From NCBI GenBank assembly GCA_032718475.1, contig JAUCBJ010007011.1, positions 8,312 through 72,311 on the forward strand: DNA of 64,000 nucleotides, written 5' to 3'. This DNA is from Nemertoderma westbladi (lineage: Eukaryota > Animalia > Xenacoelomorpha). The position numbers and the translations under genes were made by a program. The notes beneath the pieces are model-generated. The model saw only the letters and a program-made list of their open reading frames with translations. It did no database searches and was not told where the DNA came from. Below, in pieces: positions 63,401 to 64,000 of this stretch. Within the stretch, counting starts at the first letter, position 1. Each line of letters begins with the position of its first letter.

Positions 63401-64000
63401 ATGCTAGCTAACTTATCAGCCTACGTCCCCGTAGTTGCTCACATTATGCTAACTTATCAGCCTACGTCCCCGTAGTTGCTCACATTATGCTAGCTAACTT
63501 ATCAGCCTACGTCCCCGTAGTTGCTCACATTATGCTAACTTATCAGCCTACGTCCCCGTAGTTGCTCACATTATGCTAGCTAACTTATCAGCCTACGTCC
63601 CCGTAGTTGCTCACATTATGCTAACTTATCAGCCTACGTCCCCGTAGTTGCTCACATTATGCTAGCTAACTTATCAGCCTACGTCCCCGTAGTTGCTCAC
63701 ATTATGCTAACTTATCAGCCTACGGCTCCGTAGTTGCTCACAGTATGCTAACTTATCAGCCTACGTCCCCGTAGTTGCTCACATTATGCTAACTTATCAG
63801 CCTACGTCCCCGTAGTTGCTCACATTATGCTAGCTAACTTATCAGCCTACGTTCCCGTAGTTGCTCACATTATGCTAACTTATCAGCCTACGTCCCCGTA
63901 GTTGCTCACATTATGCTAACTTATCAGCCTCCGTCCCCGTTGTTGCTCACATTATGCTAGCTAACTTATCAGCCTACGTCCCCGTTGTTGCTCACATTAT
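33487..64000 (+). repeat. 41-bp satellite DNA array, roughly 730 monomers, running off the right edge
   Basis: Consensus GTAGTTGCTCACATTATGCTAACTTATCAGCCTACGTCCCC. Recurrent variants: +4 GCTA, CAGAG +2, GGCCCC, GTTGTTG, 1-2-nt deletions. Copy number estimated from length. Confidence 0.98.
49513..49770 (+). mobile_element. ~260-bp RTE-derived retroposon copy 2, inserted in the satellite
   Basis: Nearly identical to the reverse complement of 18921-19183. (TAG)n tail. Target duplication TATCAG(T/C)C on both sides. Confidence 0.88.

Noticed and set aside
33487-64000. CRISPR array
   Set aside because: Head-to-tail monomers with no unique spacers, no cas genes, and a eukaryotic context.

Overview
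Metazoan genomic DNA, not prokaryotic. The left half (1-33.4 kb) holds three host genes among many transposons. (i) An uninterrupted 6,579-bp minus-strand Furry (FRY) reading frame runs off the left edge and is absent from the ORF track. (ii) The last five spliced exons of an ANKAR-like armadillo-repeat gene lie on the plus strand (18.4-24.3 kb). Its upstream exons are not visible in the window, so FRY probably sits antisense inside an ANKAR intron. (iii) An intronless WDR18/IPI3 gene lies between a full-length RTE LINE and a satellite. Elements with readable ends and TSDs: an apparently intact Sola2 transposon with a spliced transposase, a MULE/Foldback-like element nested in a non-autonomous hAT, a 41-bp P-like mini-element, a full-length RTE with one nonsense codon, and two ~260-bp RTE-derived copies with the same 5' end. 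The right half (33.5-64 kb) is a ~30-kb array of a 41-bp satellite with kb-scale block duplications and one retro-insertion. Its monomer reads like an 11-nt exon plus a 30-nt GT..CTAAC..AG intron, which is speculative. All family assignments are from manual translation and recalled motifs; no database searches were run.
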